Shown: piece after piece, positions 29,717 through 39,140 of the stretch
Position numbering within the stretch: position 1 is the stretch's first letter
How the letters are laid out: every line of letters starts with the position of its first letter
Source of the DNA: Treponema sp.
Lineage (GTDB): Bacteria > Spirochaetota > Spirochaetia > Treponematales > Breznakiellaceae
Direction: 5' to 3'
DNA: 64,000 nt
Assembly (NCBI GenBank): GCA_031266875.1
Contig: JAISAE010000056.1
Location: 3,630-67,629 of the forward strand
Program-made: the position numbers and the translations under genes
Notes under the pieces: generated by a model
Told to the model about the DNA's origin: nothing
What the model saw: only the letters and a program-made list of their open reading frames with translations
The model's database searches: none

Positions 29717-31189
29717 ATGACATCACCTGAAGAATTTTTATCCTACTGCAAGGAGTGGGAAGCGAAGATCGGCGCTTTTACTGAACTAAAAGCCGACGCT
29801 GTAATCGCGGCTGAACTCAAACAGGCTGATACTGGCGTGTTGCGCCAGCTTCCCTTTGCCGTCAAAGACAATATCGCCGTGAAAGACCTGAGCCTGACCT
29901 GCGGCTCGAAGCTGCTCGCGGCGTTCCGCTCGCCCTATACAGCCACAGCAGTGCGGAAACTGGAAGACCAGGGCGCATGGGTAATCGGCAAAACCAACCT
30001 CGACGAGTTCGGCATGGGCTCCTCAACAGACAATTCCGGTATACAGCGCACGAACAACCCCTGGGACCAGAGCCGTGTATCCGGCGGTTCCTCTGGTGGT
30101 TCAGCAGCCGCAGTTGCGGCGGGGCTTGTTCCCTTTGCGCTCGGTTCAGACACGGGCGGTTCCATACGTCAGCCAGCCGCGTTCTGCGGGGTTGTGGGCT
30201 TGAAACCCACCTATGGCGCGGTGTCCCGCTTCGGTCTTGTGGCCTACGCTTCAAGCCTTGAGGGAATCGGTGTGCTTGCTGACACGACCGAGCGTTGCCG
30301 GCAGGTGTTTGACACGATTCGGGGCAAAGACCCGATGGACGAAACCACGCTCGCCGCGCCGCCCGCCGCGCCGCCGCTCTATGGCAAAGCTGGTCATGCA
30401 GTGATTGGCGTGCTTTCGGCGGAATCTATCGCTAAAGCCATTGCTGCCGCTGCCCACGACGAGGGCGACGCTAACCTTGAGGTCGCCGCGCAAGCTGCCC
30501 TGCTTGAAGACGAGGTTCGCTGTGGCTTTGAGACCGCGAAGAAAAACCTCGCTGCCCTGGGATATACGCTTGCTGATGTAGAAATCCCCAGCCTCAAGTA
30601 CGGCGTTCCGGCCTATTATACGATAGCGACCGCTGAAGCAAGCGCAAATCTTGCGCGTTTTGACAGCATCCGCTATGGCAAGCGCCCGGATTGGGCTGAA
30701 AACCCCGACGACCTTATCGACAAGGCGCGTTCAGCCGGACTTGGGGATGAAGTAAAGCTCCGTATCCTCTTGGGAACCTTTGTGTTACGCGCTGGTTTTC
30801 AGGATCGTTACTACCTCCGCGCCCAACGCATCCGCGCTGGCATACGCCGTAACTTTGAGGCGCTCCTGGGCGACGCCGGTTACAGCGACACAGCCCCGCA
30901 GTGCAACGCAATCCTGCTTCCTGTATTCCCTACCCGCGCCTTTGATCGCAGCCCAAGCTCGCTGTCGCCCTTTGCTCAAAAAGCCGCTGACCTCTACACC
31001 TGTTGCGCAAACCTCGCCGGTCTCCCTGCCCTGGCCTTCCCCGTGAGCGTCGAAGGCGGCCTGCCGGTGGGAATGCAGGTGATCGGACGCGCTTTTGCCG
31101 AAGGAACACTTTTCGACATTGTGAACGCTTACGAAAAGGCGCATCCTTTCCCACATCCCAGGGGCTATTGTTCCTTCTGGCCTGCATAA
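29717..31189 (+). CDS. gatA: Glu/Asp-tRNA amidotransferase subunit A
   Basis: 490-aa ORF with the amidase signature (..GGSSGGSAAAVAAG..GSDTGGSIRQPA..). Confidence 0.95.
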   Translation: MTSPEEFLSYCKEWEAKIGAFTELKADAVIAAELKQADTGVLRQLPFAVKDNIAVKDLSLTCGSKLLAAFRSPYTATAVRKLEDQGAWVIGKTNLDEFGMGSSTDNSGIQRTNNPWDQSRVSGGSSGGSAAAVAAGLVPFALGSDTGGSIRQPAAFCGVVGLKPTYGAVSRFGLVAYASSLEGIGVLADTTERCRQVFDTIRGKDPMDETTLAAPPAAPPLYGKAGHAVIGVLSAESIAKAIAAAAHDEGDANLEVAAQAALLEDEVRCGFETAKKNLAALGYTLADVEIPSLKYGVPAYYTIATAEASANLARFDSIRYGKRPDWAENPDDLIDKARSAGLGDEVKLRILLGTFVLRAGFQDRYYLRAQRIRAGIRRNFEALLGDAGYSDTAPQCNAILLPVFPTRAFDRSPSSLSPFAQKAADLYTCCANLAGLPALAFPVSVEGGLPVGMQVIGRAFAEGTLFDIVNAYEKAHPFPHPRGYCSFWPA

Positions 31190-31215
31190 ATTTATAGTAA
31201 AGGAGTTAGTAAAGA

Positions 31216-32703
31216 ATGTATCAATCGTTTATTGGGCTTGAAGTTCATATTCACCTTTTAACCAAAACTAAAGTGTTCTGCGGCTGCCGCTCGGCGTTTG
31301 GCGATGAGCCGAACACCAACGTGTGTCCAGTCTGCATGGGCTATCCGGGCGTACTTCCCGCCCTCAACATTGAAGCCATGCGTATGGGTTGCACGGTGGC
31401 GCGGGCGCTCAACTGCCATATCCCTGAAAAGACATGGTTTGATCGCAAGCAGTATTTCTATCCCGATATGCCCAAGAACTATCAGATTTCCCAGTTCACC
31501 GCTCCCCTAGGGCAGGAAGGTTACATTGACCTTAACGGCGAGAATATGGGTAAAAAGATACAGAAGCGTGTGCGGATCAAGGAGTGCCACCTTGAGGAAG
31601 ACGCGGGCAAGATGATACATACCGGCACGGTTTCGCTCCTTGACTATAACCGCGCAGGCGTTTCGCTCCTTGAAATCGTAAGCGAGCCTGATATGGAGAC
31701 AGGCGAAGAGGCTGAGCTGTTTATCCAGCAACTGCGCCGTCTAGTACGCTACCTCGGGGTCTGCGACGGTAACATGGAAGAAGGCTCCTTACGCGCCGAC
31801 GCCAATGTTTCGATTAACCTTCCCGGTAAAGGTCTGGGGCGTAAGGTCGAGATAAAGAACCTGAACTCCTCCCGCTTTGTGCGCCTTGGTCTCAACTACG
31901 AGATTGCGCGGCAGGGCGAAATCCTTGACAAGGGCAGACAGGTAACGCAGGAGACCCGCTTATGGAACCAGAACCGCGATCAAACCGAACCCATGCGTAC
32001 CAAGGAAAACGCCCAGGACTACCGCTACTTCCCAGAGCCTGACCTCCCTGTGTTTTCCCCGGACCCTGCTTTTCTTGAATCAGTAGAAGCTGCTCTGGTG
32101 GAACTGCCTGTTCCGCGCCGTCAGCGTTTTGAGACCGAGTACGCGCTTTCCTATAATCAGGCCGACGTTCTCTGTGAAGAACGCGCCTTTGCCGACTATT
32201 TTGAAGCTGCGGTTAAAGCTGTGCCTCTTCCCAGACAGGACGCCGCCGCTCGCGTGGCAAACTGGCTGCTCACCGGCATCAAGCACATACTCCAGCGTGA
32301 AAACATCCCGCTCTCCGGCATAGCCGCCTTTAAGCTGAGTCCGGCGCGGCTTGCGTCTCTCGTGCTTATGACTGCTACAGGCCGCGTCTCGACAAAGAAC
32401 GCAAAGCAGGCTATGGAAACCGCCATTGCTGAAGACCGGGACCCGGACATCATCATCAAAGAAAAAGACCTTGAGCAGCTCACTGATCCTGAAAAAATCG
32501 CCGAAGTGCTTCGCGCTGTTCATGCTGAGGAAGCAGCGACCTTTGCCGAAGCCCGCGCTCTGGCCAACAACGCTAAGCGCCGGCGCAGCCTCTTCGCGTA
32601 TCTGGTGGGCAAGGCGCTGGCAAAGACCGGAGGCCGCGCTGACCCGCGCATTGTGGGAGAGCAGGTGGAAGCATTGATTGGAGGCGCGTCATGCGTGTTT
32701 TAG
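31216..32703 (+). CDS. gatB: Glu/Asp-tRNA amidotransferase subunit B
   Basis: 495-aa ORF containing ..IGLEVHIHLLTKTKVFCGC.. Confidence 0.95.
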   Translation: MYQSFIGLEVHIHLLTKTKVFCGCRSAFGDEPNTNVCPVCMGYPGVLPALNIEAMRMGCTVARALNCHIPEKTWFDRKQYFYPDMPKNYQISQFTAPLGQEGYIDLNGENMGKKIQKRVRIKECHLEEDAGKMIHTGTVSLLDYNRAGVSLLEIVSEPDMETGEEAELFIQQLRRLVRYLGVCDGNMEEGSLRADANVSINLPGKGLGRKVEIKNLNSSRFVRLGLNYEIARQGEILDKGRQVTQETRLWNQNRDQTEPMRTKENAQDYRYFPEPDLPVFSPDPAFLESVEAALVELPVPRRQRFETEYALSYNQADVLCEERAFADYFEAAVKAVPLPRQDAAARVANWLLTGIKHILQRENIPLSGIAAFKLSPARLASLVLMTATGRVSTKNAKQAMETAIAEDRDPDIIIKEKDLEQLTDPEKIAEVLRAVHAEEAATFAEARALANNAKRRRSLFAYLVGKALAKTGGRADPRIVGEQVEALIGGASCVF

Positions 32704-34004
32704 CAAAAGATATGTTACAGGCCGCTAAACACAACCCTGAAATCACTGTGCAGGGCTGGGTACACCGCATCCGCGAGCTTGGTGGAATTAGCTTTGTGAT
32801 ACTCCGCGACCGCTCAGGTCTGGTTCAGCTTGTGTTTGAGGAAAAGCCAGACCTTACGCTCGAATCGGTCATCAAGGTTCAGGGGATAGTGGCCCTGAAC
32901 GAAAAAGCTCCGGGTGGGGCTGAAGTCAGGGTGAAGACGCTCGTCTGCCTGTCAAAGGCCGCGCCAGACCTGCCCTATCAGGTAAACGGCGATCCAGCAA
33001 AGGTCGGGCTTGAGACCATACTCGATCACCGAGGGCTTTCCGTGCGCCACCCCAGATTGCAGGCCATTTTCAGAATACAGGCCACGATTATCGAGGCGTT
33101 TGGCGCGTACCTGCGCTCACAGGATTTCATTGAGATAAAAACGAGCAAGCTCGTCGGAAGCGGCACCGAAGGCGGCACCGAGCTTTTCGAGGTTGATTAC
33201 TTTGACCGCAAGGTCTGTCTTGCCCAGTCGCCGCAGTTTTATAAGGAGACGATGGTTGCAAGCGGCATGGAGCGGGTATTTGAGATAGCGCCCGCATACC
33301 GCGCCGAAAAGCACGACACGCCCCGGCATCTCAACGAGTATGTGTCGCTGGACGTGGAGATGGGCTTTATCGAGTCAGAACTAGACCTCATCGAACTGGA
33401 ACGCGGAGCGCTCGCCCATATCTTCGAGGAAGTGGCGCGAAAAAACAGCGCGGAACTCGCCCTACATGGCGCAAGTGTTCCCAGCCCAGACATCGTTGCA
33501 AAGGCTCCCATTGTACCGTATGAGGAAGCTGTGAAGATCGCGTCGGCAGAAGCAGTCAAGGGCAAAGGACAAGCCGCACGCATCTTTGACATCAACCCGG
33601 AAGCCGAGCGTTTTATCTGCAACTGGGCAATGCGCGAACACGGCAGCGATCTCGTGTTTGTCAACGAATTCCCCCGCCGCTACCGGCCCTTTTACACGTA
33701 CCCCAAGGACACTGGCGACGGCAAAGCCTCTTCCACCATGAGCTTTGACGCCCTGTTCCGCGGCCTCGAAATCACCACCGGCGGCAGACGCCAGCACGAC
33801 TACAGCGCCTTTCTTGAAACACTCCCACGCTTCGGCCTCAAGCCAGAGGACTTTAGCGGCTACCTGAAGCTCCTGAAGTACGGCTGCCCGCCCCACGGCG
33901 GTTTTGCCATTGGTTGCGAGCGCCTTACCCAAAAAATCCTCGGCCTCGCCAATGTAAAAGAAGCCAGTCTCTTTCCCCGCGACCGGAAACGGGTAGAACC
34001 CTAA
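32691..34004 (+). CDS. aspS: Aspartate-tRNA ligase, short archaeal-type form
   Basis: 437-aa class IIb aaRS (..QSPQFYKE.., ..FEIAPAYRAEKHDTPRHLNEY.., ..GGFAIGCERL..). It lacks the bacterial insertion domain and overlaps the gatB end by 13 nt. Confidence 0.9.
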   Translation: MRVLAKDMLQAAKHNPEITVQGWVHRIRELGGISFVILRDRSGLVQLVFEEKPDLTLESVIKVQGIVALNEKAPGGAEVRVKTLVCLSKAAPDLPYQVNGDPAKVGLETILDHRGLSVRHPRLQAIFRIQATIIEAFGAYLRSQDFIEIKTSKLVGSGTEGGTELFEVDYFDRKVCLAQSPQFYKETMVASGMERVFEIAPAYRAEKHDTPRHLNEYVSLDVEMGFIESELDLIELERGALAHIFEEVARKNSAELALHGASVPSPDIVAKAPIVPYEEAVKIASAEAVKGKGQAARIFDINPEAERFICNWAMREHGSDLVFVNEFPRRYRPFYTYPKDTGDGKASSTMSFDALFRGLEITTGGRRQHDYSAFLETLPRFGLKPEDFSGYLKLLKYGCPPHGGFAIGCERLTQKILGLANVKEASLFPRDRKRVEP

Positions 34005-34095
34005 AGCAACCGTGTCTGGCGCTAATGTTAATGGTGCCAGACACTATACCGAAAGTCCCTATTCATAACGCGCTGTTTCGCGCTACATTGTGCCT

Positions 34096-34908
34096 ATGAC
34101 ACCCATTTGGCAAGAAAGCATCACCGTGCGTTTCGCTGATGTTGACCATTCCGAGCGCCTAACACTGGCGGCGGCTTTTGACTACTTTCAGGAAGCGTCG
34201 ATTAAGCACGCGGGAGACCTGGGCGTTGGCATTGAGACCATGAAGCAAACCGGTGTAGCGTGGATACTGTCGCGGATCACTGTGCGTATAGAGCGCCGTC
34301 CTCGCTATGGAGACACGCTTACCGTGCAAACATGGCCACGCGGCGCGGAAAAGCTCTTTGCCGTGAGAGACTGCGCCATCCTTGACGAAACCGGCGCGAT
34401 TCTGGCACGGGCGCGAAGCAACTGGCTTATCGTGGACTTAGAAAAACGCCGGCCCCTGCGCCCTCACTTGACAATGGAACGCCTCCCGCTGAACGAGGGC
34501 ATTGATATGGTCAGCGAGCGTATCATAAGCCTTGAACCGCGTGAGGGGATGACAAAAACAGGTGAACGCCGCGCCTTGTATTCGGATATTGACTACTATG
34601 GCCATGTTAACAACGCCCGTTATGCCCAGTGGATTCAGGACAACGTTGATCCTGAGCTGCTTGATCACGCTGAAACGCTCAGGCTTGACATCGCGTACCT
34701 GCAAGAGATCAAGCTCGGCGAAACCATTGAGCTGTGGCAGTTGCCGCTACAAACGCCTCTGGCACCAATGTCAACGACAGAAGCGCCGGCGAGTAACGCG
34801 CCGGTCTTTGCGTTTGAGGGGCGGCGCAAGGGGTCTGACACCACAAGCCTTAAACAAGAGGCAGTGTTTCGTGCGGAACTGTCCCTGCGCTCCAACGCGG
34901 CGGACTAA
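34096..34908 (+). CDS. Acyl-ACP thioesterase
   Basis: This is a double hot-dog thioesterase family member (..VRFADVDHSERLTLAAAFDYFQEA..WILSRITVRIER..). ATG at 34096, with an in-frame GTG at 34090. Confidence 0.8.
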   Translation: MTPIWQESITVRFADVDHSERLTLAAAFDYFQEASIKHAGDLGVGIETMKQTGVAWILSRITVRIERRPRYGDTLTVQTWPRGAEKLFAVRDCAILDETGAILARARSNWLIVDLEKRRPLRPHLTMERLPLNEGIDMVSERIISLEPREGMTKTGERRALYSDIDYYGHVNNARYAQWIQDNVDPELLDHAETLRLDIAYLQEIKLGETIELWQLPLQTPLAPMSTTEAPASNAPVFAFEGRRKGSDTTSLKQEAVFRAELSLRSNAAD

Positions 34909-34977
34909 GAGCGCATTGCCGCTACAGCTCCGCCGCACAATCCTTCGCATGATTCCAGACCAGTCGCTATGCGGGCG

Positions 34978-35334
34978 TCAAACCTTGTTGGACTCGTGTT
35001 CCTGTAAAAGCCCCGATAAAGTGATCGCACTCTTGAGTACGATCTTCCGGTGTTCGTCGCTCAGGCGCTGAAGGGTCTGCGTTAATAAACGCATCTCAGC
35101 ACTCAAAGGTTGTAATGGCTGCGGCAGCACGGTTTCACAGCCAGTAACCAGGAATTCAACCGATACTCCCAAGACCCGCGCTATCTTGACCGCCGCGTCA
35201 GCGGAAGGCGTGCAGTTGTGTGTACTGAGATAACTATCAATCGTCTGTTTCTTCACACCAGAGAGCGCGGCAAGCTCTTTAACATACATATCCGCAAATT
35301 CTAACTGCGCCTTCAAATTTTCTCTGAACCCCAT
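34978..35334 (-). CDS. XRE-family helix-turn-helix regulator
   Basis: MGFRENLKAQLEFADMYVKELAALSGVKKQTIDSYL.. starts at the ATG at 35334. The gene is divergent from the MBOAT gene. Confidence 0.75.
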   Translation of the reverse strand: MGFRENLKAQLEFADMYVKELAALSGVKKQTIDSYLSTHNCTPSADAAVKIARVLGVSVEFLVTGCETVLPQPLQPLSAEMRLLTQTLQRLSDEHRKIVLKSAITLSGLLQEHESNKV

Positions 35335-35462
35335 AGGGCTATGGTATGAAAAAAAGCATAAGATACCCCTTGACAATATGGATATATACATTGTATCTAA
35401 AAATAGGCTATGGGAATAAGCATAGTCCATTGATCAATGTTGATAAGAGATAAGGGTAAAAT

Positions 35463-36881
35463 ATGATCTTCTCGTCCTATGGCTTCATCTTTCTGTTCCT
35501 TCCCATAGTGTTCGCAGGGTACTTCCTGCTCAATCAGTTGCGATACCGTTATATAGCGAAGCTCTTGCTCGTCGTGGCCTCGTTTCTGTTCTACGCGCAG
35601 GGAAGCGCCGCGTTTTTCCCGTTCTTTCTGGCGAGCGTTGTGGGGAACTATGTCATGGGAACGCTGCTGTCGGCGATTCGGGAGGCCGGAACGACGACCC
35701 GCGCTCAAAGTAAAGCGGCGCTCGCCATAGGCGTCGCGGCCAACGTCGCGCTCCTCGGCTACTACAAATACACGGACTTTTTCATAACGAATCTTAACGC
35801 GATCGCGCATACGGACGTCGCGCTCAGGTACATCGTGCTGCCCATCGGCATATCGTTTTTCACGTTTCAACTGATCGCCTTTCTCGTCGACTCATACCAC
35901 GGCCTGACCAAATCGTATTCCATCATTGATTACCTTTTGTTCATCACCTTTTTTCCCCAGCTTATCGTGGGACCGATAGTACATCATGGCGAAATGACGC
36001 CGCAGTTTGAGGATGAGGCGAATGGCCGCCTCAACTGGGATAATGTCGCGGCTGGCCTGTTTCTCTTTTCCATAGGGTGTGCGAAGAAAATCCTGCTGGC
36101 CGATCCGCTTACCATTGACGCGCAAAGGTTTTTTGACGCGGTTCCCGCACAACCTGGGTTTATTGAGGCGTGGTGGTGCGCGATTGAGTACACGGTCTCG
36201 TATTATTTTGACTTATCGGGCTATGCGGATATGGCGATAGGTCTTGGGAAGATGTTTAACATTGCCATTCCGCATAATTTTAATTCACCGTATAAGGCGC
36301 GTAATTTTCAGGATTACTGGCAGCGCTGGCATATCACGCTTTCCCGTTTTTTGGGAGACTATATTTTCCGCGCAGTGTACCGTAAGGGCGACGCTTACCG
36401 CAATTTCTACGTTGCATCTATGACGACTTTTTTCGTGAGCGGTTTCTGGCACGGCGCGGGCTGGACCTTTATCGCGTGGGGCGTGTTGAACGGCGTTTTT
36501 GTGTGCGCCGCCAGTTGGATGAAACGGCATAACAAACGGTTTCCGTTTATTGCCGCTTTTTGCCTTACCACGTTGGGGGTAACGGCGTTGCGCGTATTGT
36601 TTGTTTCAGCGACATTTTCTGATGCGTGGCGCGTGTATCGGGGCATGGTAAACATTGCTTCGTTGGCGCAGACGAGTTTTGCCCTGCCGAGTGTTACGGG
36701 ATTAAGCGCGAAAGTTTTTTTTCCGCTTGGTTTAGTGATTTGTTGGTTCGCGCCTAATTCGCAAACACTGGCGCGTCAATTTAAATCCTCATGGCTCACG
36801 CTGCTCTGTTCCGCAGCGCTTATCGGCTTGAGTTTGCTACGCATGAATAACGGCGCGGCGTTTCTGTACTTTCAATTTTAA
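35463..36881 (+). CDS. MBOAT family O-acyltransferase (AlgI/DltB-like)
   Basis: 472-aa polytopic ORF with typical MBOAT sequence (..ISFFTFQ.., ..NFQDYWQRWHITLSRFL.., ..FFVSGFWHGAGW..). Confidence 0.9.
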   Translation: MIFSSYGFIFLFLPIVFAGYFLLNQLRYRYIAKLLLVVASFLFYAQGSAAFFPFFLASVVGNYVMGTLLSAIREAGTTTRAQSKAALAIGVAANVALLGYYKYTDFFITNLNAIAHTDVALRYIVLPIGISFFTFQLIAFLVDSYHGLTKSYSIIDYLLFITFFPQLIVGPIVHHGEMTPQFEDEANGRLNWDNVAAGLFLFSIGCAKKILLADPLTIDAQRFFDAVPAQPGFIEAWWCAIEYTVSYYFDLSGYADMAIGLGKMFNIAIPHNFNSPYKARNFQDYWQRWHITLSRFLGDYIFRAVYRKGDAYRNFYVASMTTFFVSGFWHGAGWTFIAWGVLNGVFVCAASWMKRHNKRFPFIAAFCLTTLGVTALRVLFVSATFSDAWRVYRGMVNIASLAQTSFALPSVTGLSAKVFFPLGLVICWFAPNSQTLARQFKSSWLTLLCSAALIGLSLLRMNNGAAFLYFQF

Positions 36882-36889
36882 AGGTATAT

Positions 36890-38047
36890 ATGAATATCAC
36901 GGCAAAGGTTTGGTGTGCGCTTTTCGTCGCGGCTTGTTTATTGGCAATGGCAATCATTATTGGGACAAATTACATCCTTGATCCCTATGGTTATTTTCTA
37001 AACACTCATTATGGTCAATCTGGTCAAGAGCCAATCAGTGTACGCAACGCGAAAATACGCTATATAAAAGAGAATCCTGATGTATATACTGGTTTTATTA
37101 TTGGCGGCTCGCGTACCGGCGCACTTGATCCCGCGCTGGCATCGGAATATACGGGCTTATCCTTTTATAATTTTTGTTTTCCCTTTGGGTATCAGGAAGA
37201 TTATGAGATGCTTGTTGATCTTATCATAGCGCATACCCAGGCGCGGCATATTATTTTGCAGCTTAATGGACAGGAAATACAGGAGAGAGGGCGAGAAAGC
37301 AAAGGTGTGGAGCATTTGTACGCGCTTGATGGAAAAGCGTCGTCGAAAGTAGCGGAGCTTACAACCGTATTGCTATATGCTCCTATAAGAAAGCTGTTAA
37401 ACTTTATTTTGAAGAAGCCGGAGTATATTCCCCGAGTGCAAAGTAATGGAATGATAGAATATATTGGGCAGTATAATCCCACAGAAGCGGCCAGTCTTGG
37501 TTTCGTAGAAAAGACAATTACGCCGGTCTTTCAATCTTTGTATCAGCGTATCTTTTTAGAAAAAACCGCTGCTGATTTTCCTATGAGGGAATTCTTTTTT
37601 GAGTCGTTATTGAGAGTCAGAGAAAAATGCGCAATGAACGATATTAAACTTACTGTTTTGCTCGCGCCAAGTTCAGTCTATGTGCTTGCGGAAACCGAAT
37701 CTCCGCTCTATTGGGATTATCTCCGTAACATGGCCGCAATTACCGGCTTTTATAACTTTAACGGCTATAGTCCCTATAATTTTAACCCCTATAATTTTGT
37801 TGATAGCGCACACTACCGCAAAGAGATGGGCGATAAAATACTCCGCGTCATATTTAATCAAGAAGAGGCCATTGATGATTGGGGCGTATTGGCGTCAAAA
37901 AGCACTATCGACGCATACCTTGAGCGCCGTAAATCGCGCTATTTCACGCTGAAGAAAAGCTATGAAGAAACCGGCGCCATTCCGCTGGGAACAATGAACG
38001 ACGCCAGTTTTATTCCGCTAAAAATAACGCGCTCTGACGCTTTATGA
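36890..38047 (+). CDS. Membrane-anchored hypothetical protein; by position the extracytoplasmic partner of the MBOAT enzyme
   Basis: 385-aa ORF with a single N-terminal transmembrane segment, lying 9 nt after the MBOAT gene. The partner role (AlgJ/DltD analogy) is inferred from synteny only. Confidence 0.6.
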   Translation: MNITAKVWCALFVAACLLAMAIIIGTNYILDPYGYFLNTHYGQSGQEPISVRNAKIRYIKENPDVYTGFIIGGSRTGALDPALASEYTGLSFYNFCFPFGYQEDYEMLVDLIIAHTQARHIILQLNGQEIQERGRESKGVEHLYALDGKASSKVAELTTVLLYAPIRKLLNFILKKPEYIPRVQSNGMIEYIGQYNPTEAASLGFVEKTITPVFQSLYQRIFLEKTAADFPMREFFFESLLRVREKCAMNDIKLTVLLAPSSVYVLAETESPLYWDYLRNMAAITGFYNFNGYSPYNFNPYNFVDSAHYRKEMGDKILRVIFNQEEAIDDWGVLASKSTIDAYLERRKSRYFTLKKSYEETGAIPLGTMNDASFIPLKITRSDAL

Positions 38048-38456
38048 TTTCATGTATAGCACCAAGCCAGCACAGATTAAACTCATTTATGCGGACGTTC
38101 CTGAACAACAGCAACTCAACATTCATCAATCTGTCTATAGCGACTTCCCCAGACGCGATTAAGCATTGAAGTTCTAAACTAGGGTTTGGAACTTTGAAAA
38201 ATGGGTTTAGAAGTTCTAATCAGCAGCAGTAATTTAATATTTATGATTTTGTCTGTAGCAATACTTCTCAGACAGGTGATACGTTGGATTGTTGTCTGAA
38301 TAGGTGTAAGCCTTTATAAAGCAGGGATACGTCGCTAAGATAGTGAAAAAGGAGCAAGCAACTCCTGAAGCGTGGCAATGATGAATGAGGCGTGTGTTAA
38401 GTTATCCCACCACAATAGGCGTGGTTATGGCGGCATACAGACTTAGCACCGCGCTG

Positions 38457-38918
38457 AGCGCAGAGTCCGCCGCCCCTAGCGCAGTCTTCGCCGCCCTTAG
38501 CGCAGCCTCCGCCGCACGTAGCGCAGAGTCCGCCGCCCTCAGCGCAGTCTTCGCCGCCCTTAGCGCAGCCTCCGCCGCCCTTAGCGCAGCCTCCGCCGCA
38601 CGTAGCGCAGTCTTCGCCGCCCTTAGCGCAGCCTCCGCCGCACGTAGCGCAGAGTCCGCCGCCCTCAGCGCAGTCTTCGCCGCCCTTAGCGTAGAGTACA
38701 CCGACTGTAGCACAGGCTCGACAGACCGTAGCGCAGGCTTAGCTGCCTGTAGTGCTGAGTTCGCCGACTGTAGCATAGGCTCGGCTGCCCTGAGCGCGGA
38801 GTACACCGGCTGTAGCGTAGGCTTGGCTGCCCTCAGCGCGGAGTCCGCTGACTGTAGCGCATACTTGGCTGCCCTCAGCGCGGAGTACACCGACTGTAGC
38901 GCGGAGTCCGCCGACATC
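38457..38918. repeat. Tandem array of 22 units of exactly 21 bp (agcgcagNNtNcgccgcNcNt type). The first half is nearly identical units and the second half is diverged.
   Basis: I read the units in register at 38457+21k. The array is followed by about 1.6 copies of a 22-bp unit, aggtatggtggcgaataggctt. Confidence 0.93.
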
Positions 38919-39140
38919 AGGTATGGTGGCGAATAGGCTTAGGTATGGTGGCGCAACAGGGGTATAAAGTAGGGATAGGTTGGTAAGACAGCGAAGAAGG
39001 AATAGGCGAGTCATGAAGCGCGGTGGCTGGGAATTGGGCGGGCGGTATAGCGATTGGCGTGGAACTTGCCAGCTTGTGAAGTATCTGGGATAACTATACT
39101 AAAGCTACTATTCAGCTTAGGGCTGAACCAAAGGGGAAAC

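Noticed and set aside
38385-39014. The ORFs at 38385-38936 (+), 38402-38917 (-) and 38739-39014 (-), which encode Ala/Ser-rich repeats.
   Set aside because: The explanation is the same 21-bp periodicity artefact. The minus-strand ATG at 38917 has no Shine-Dalgarno sequence, and the frames overlap one another.
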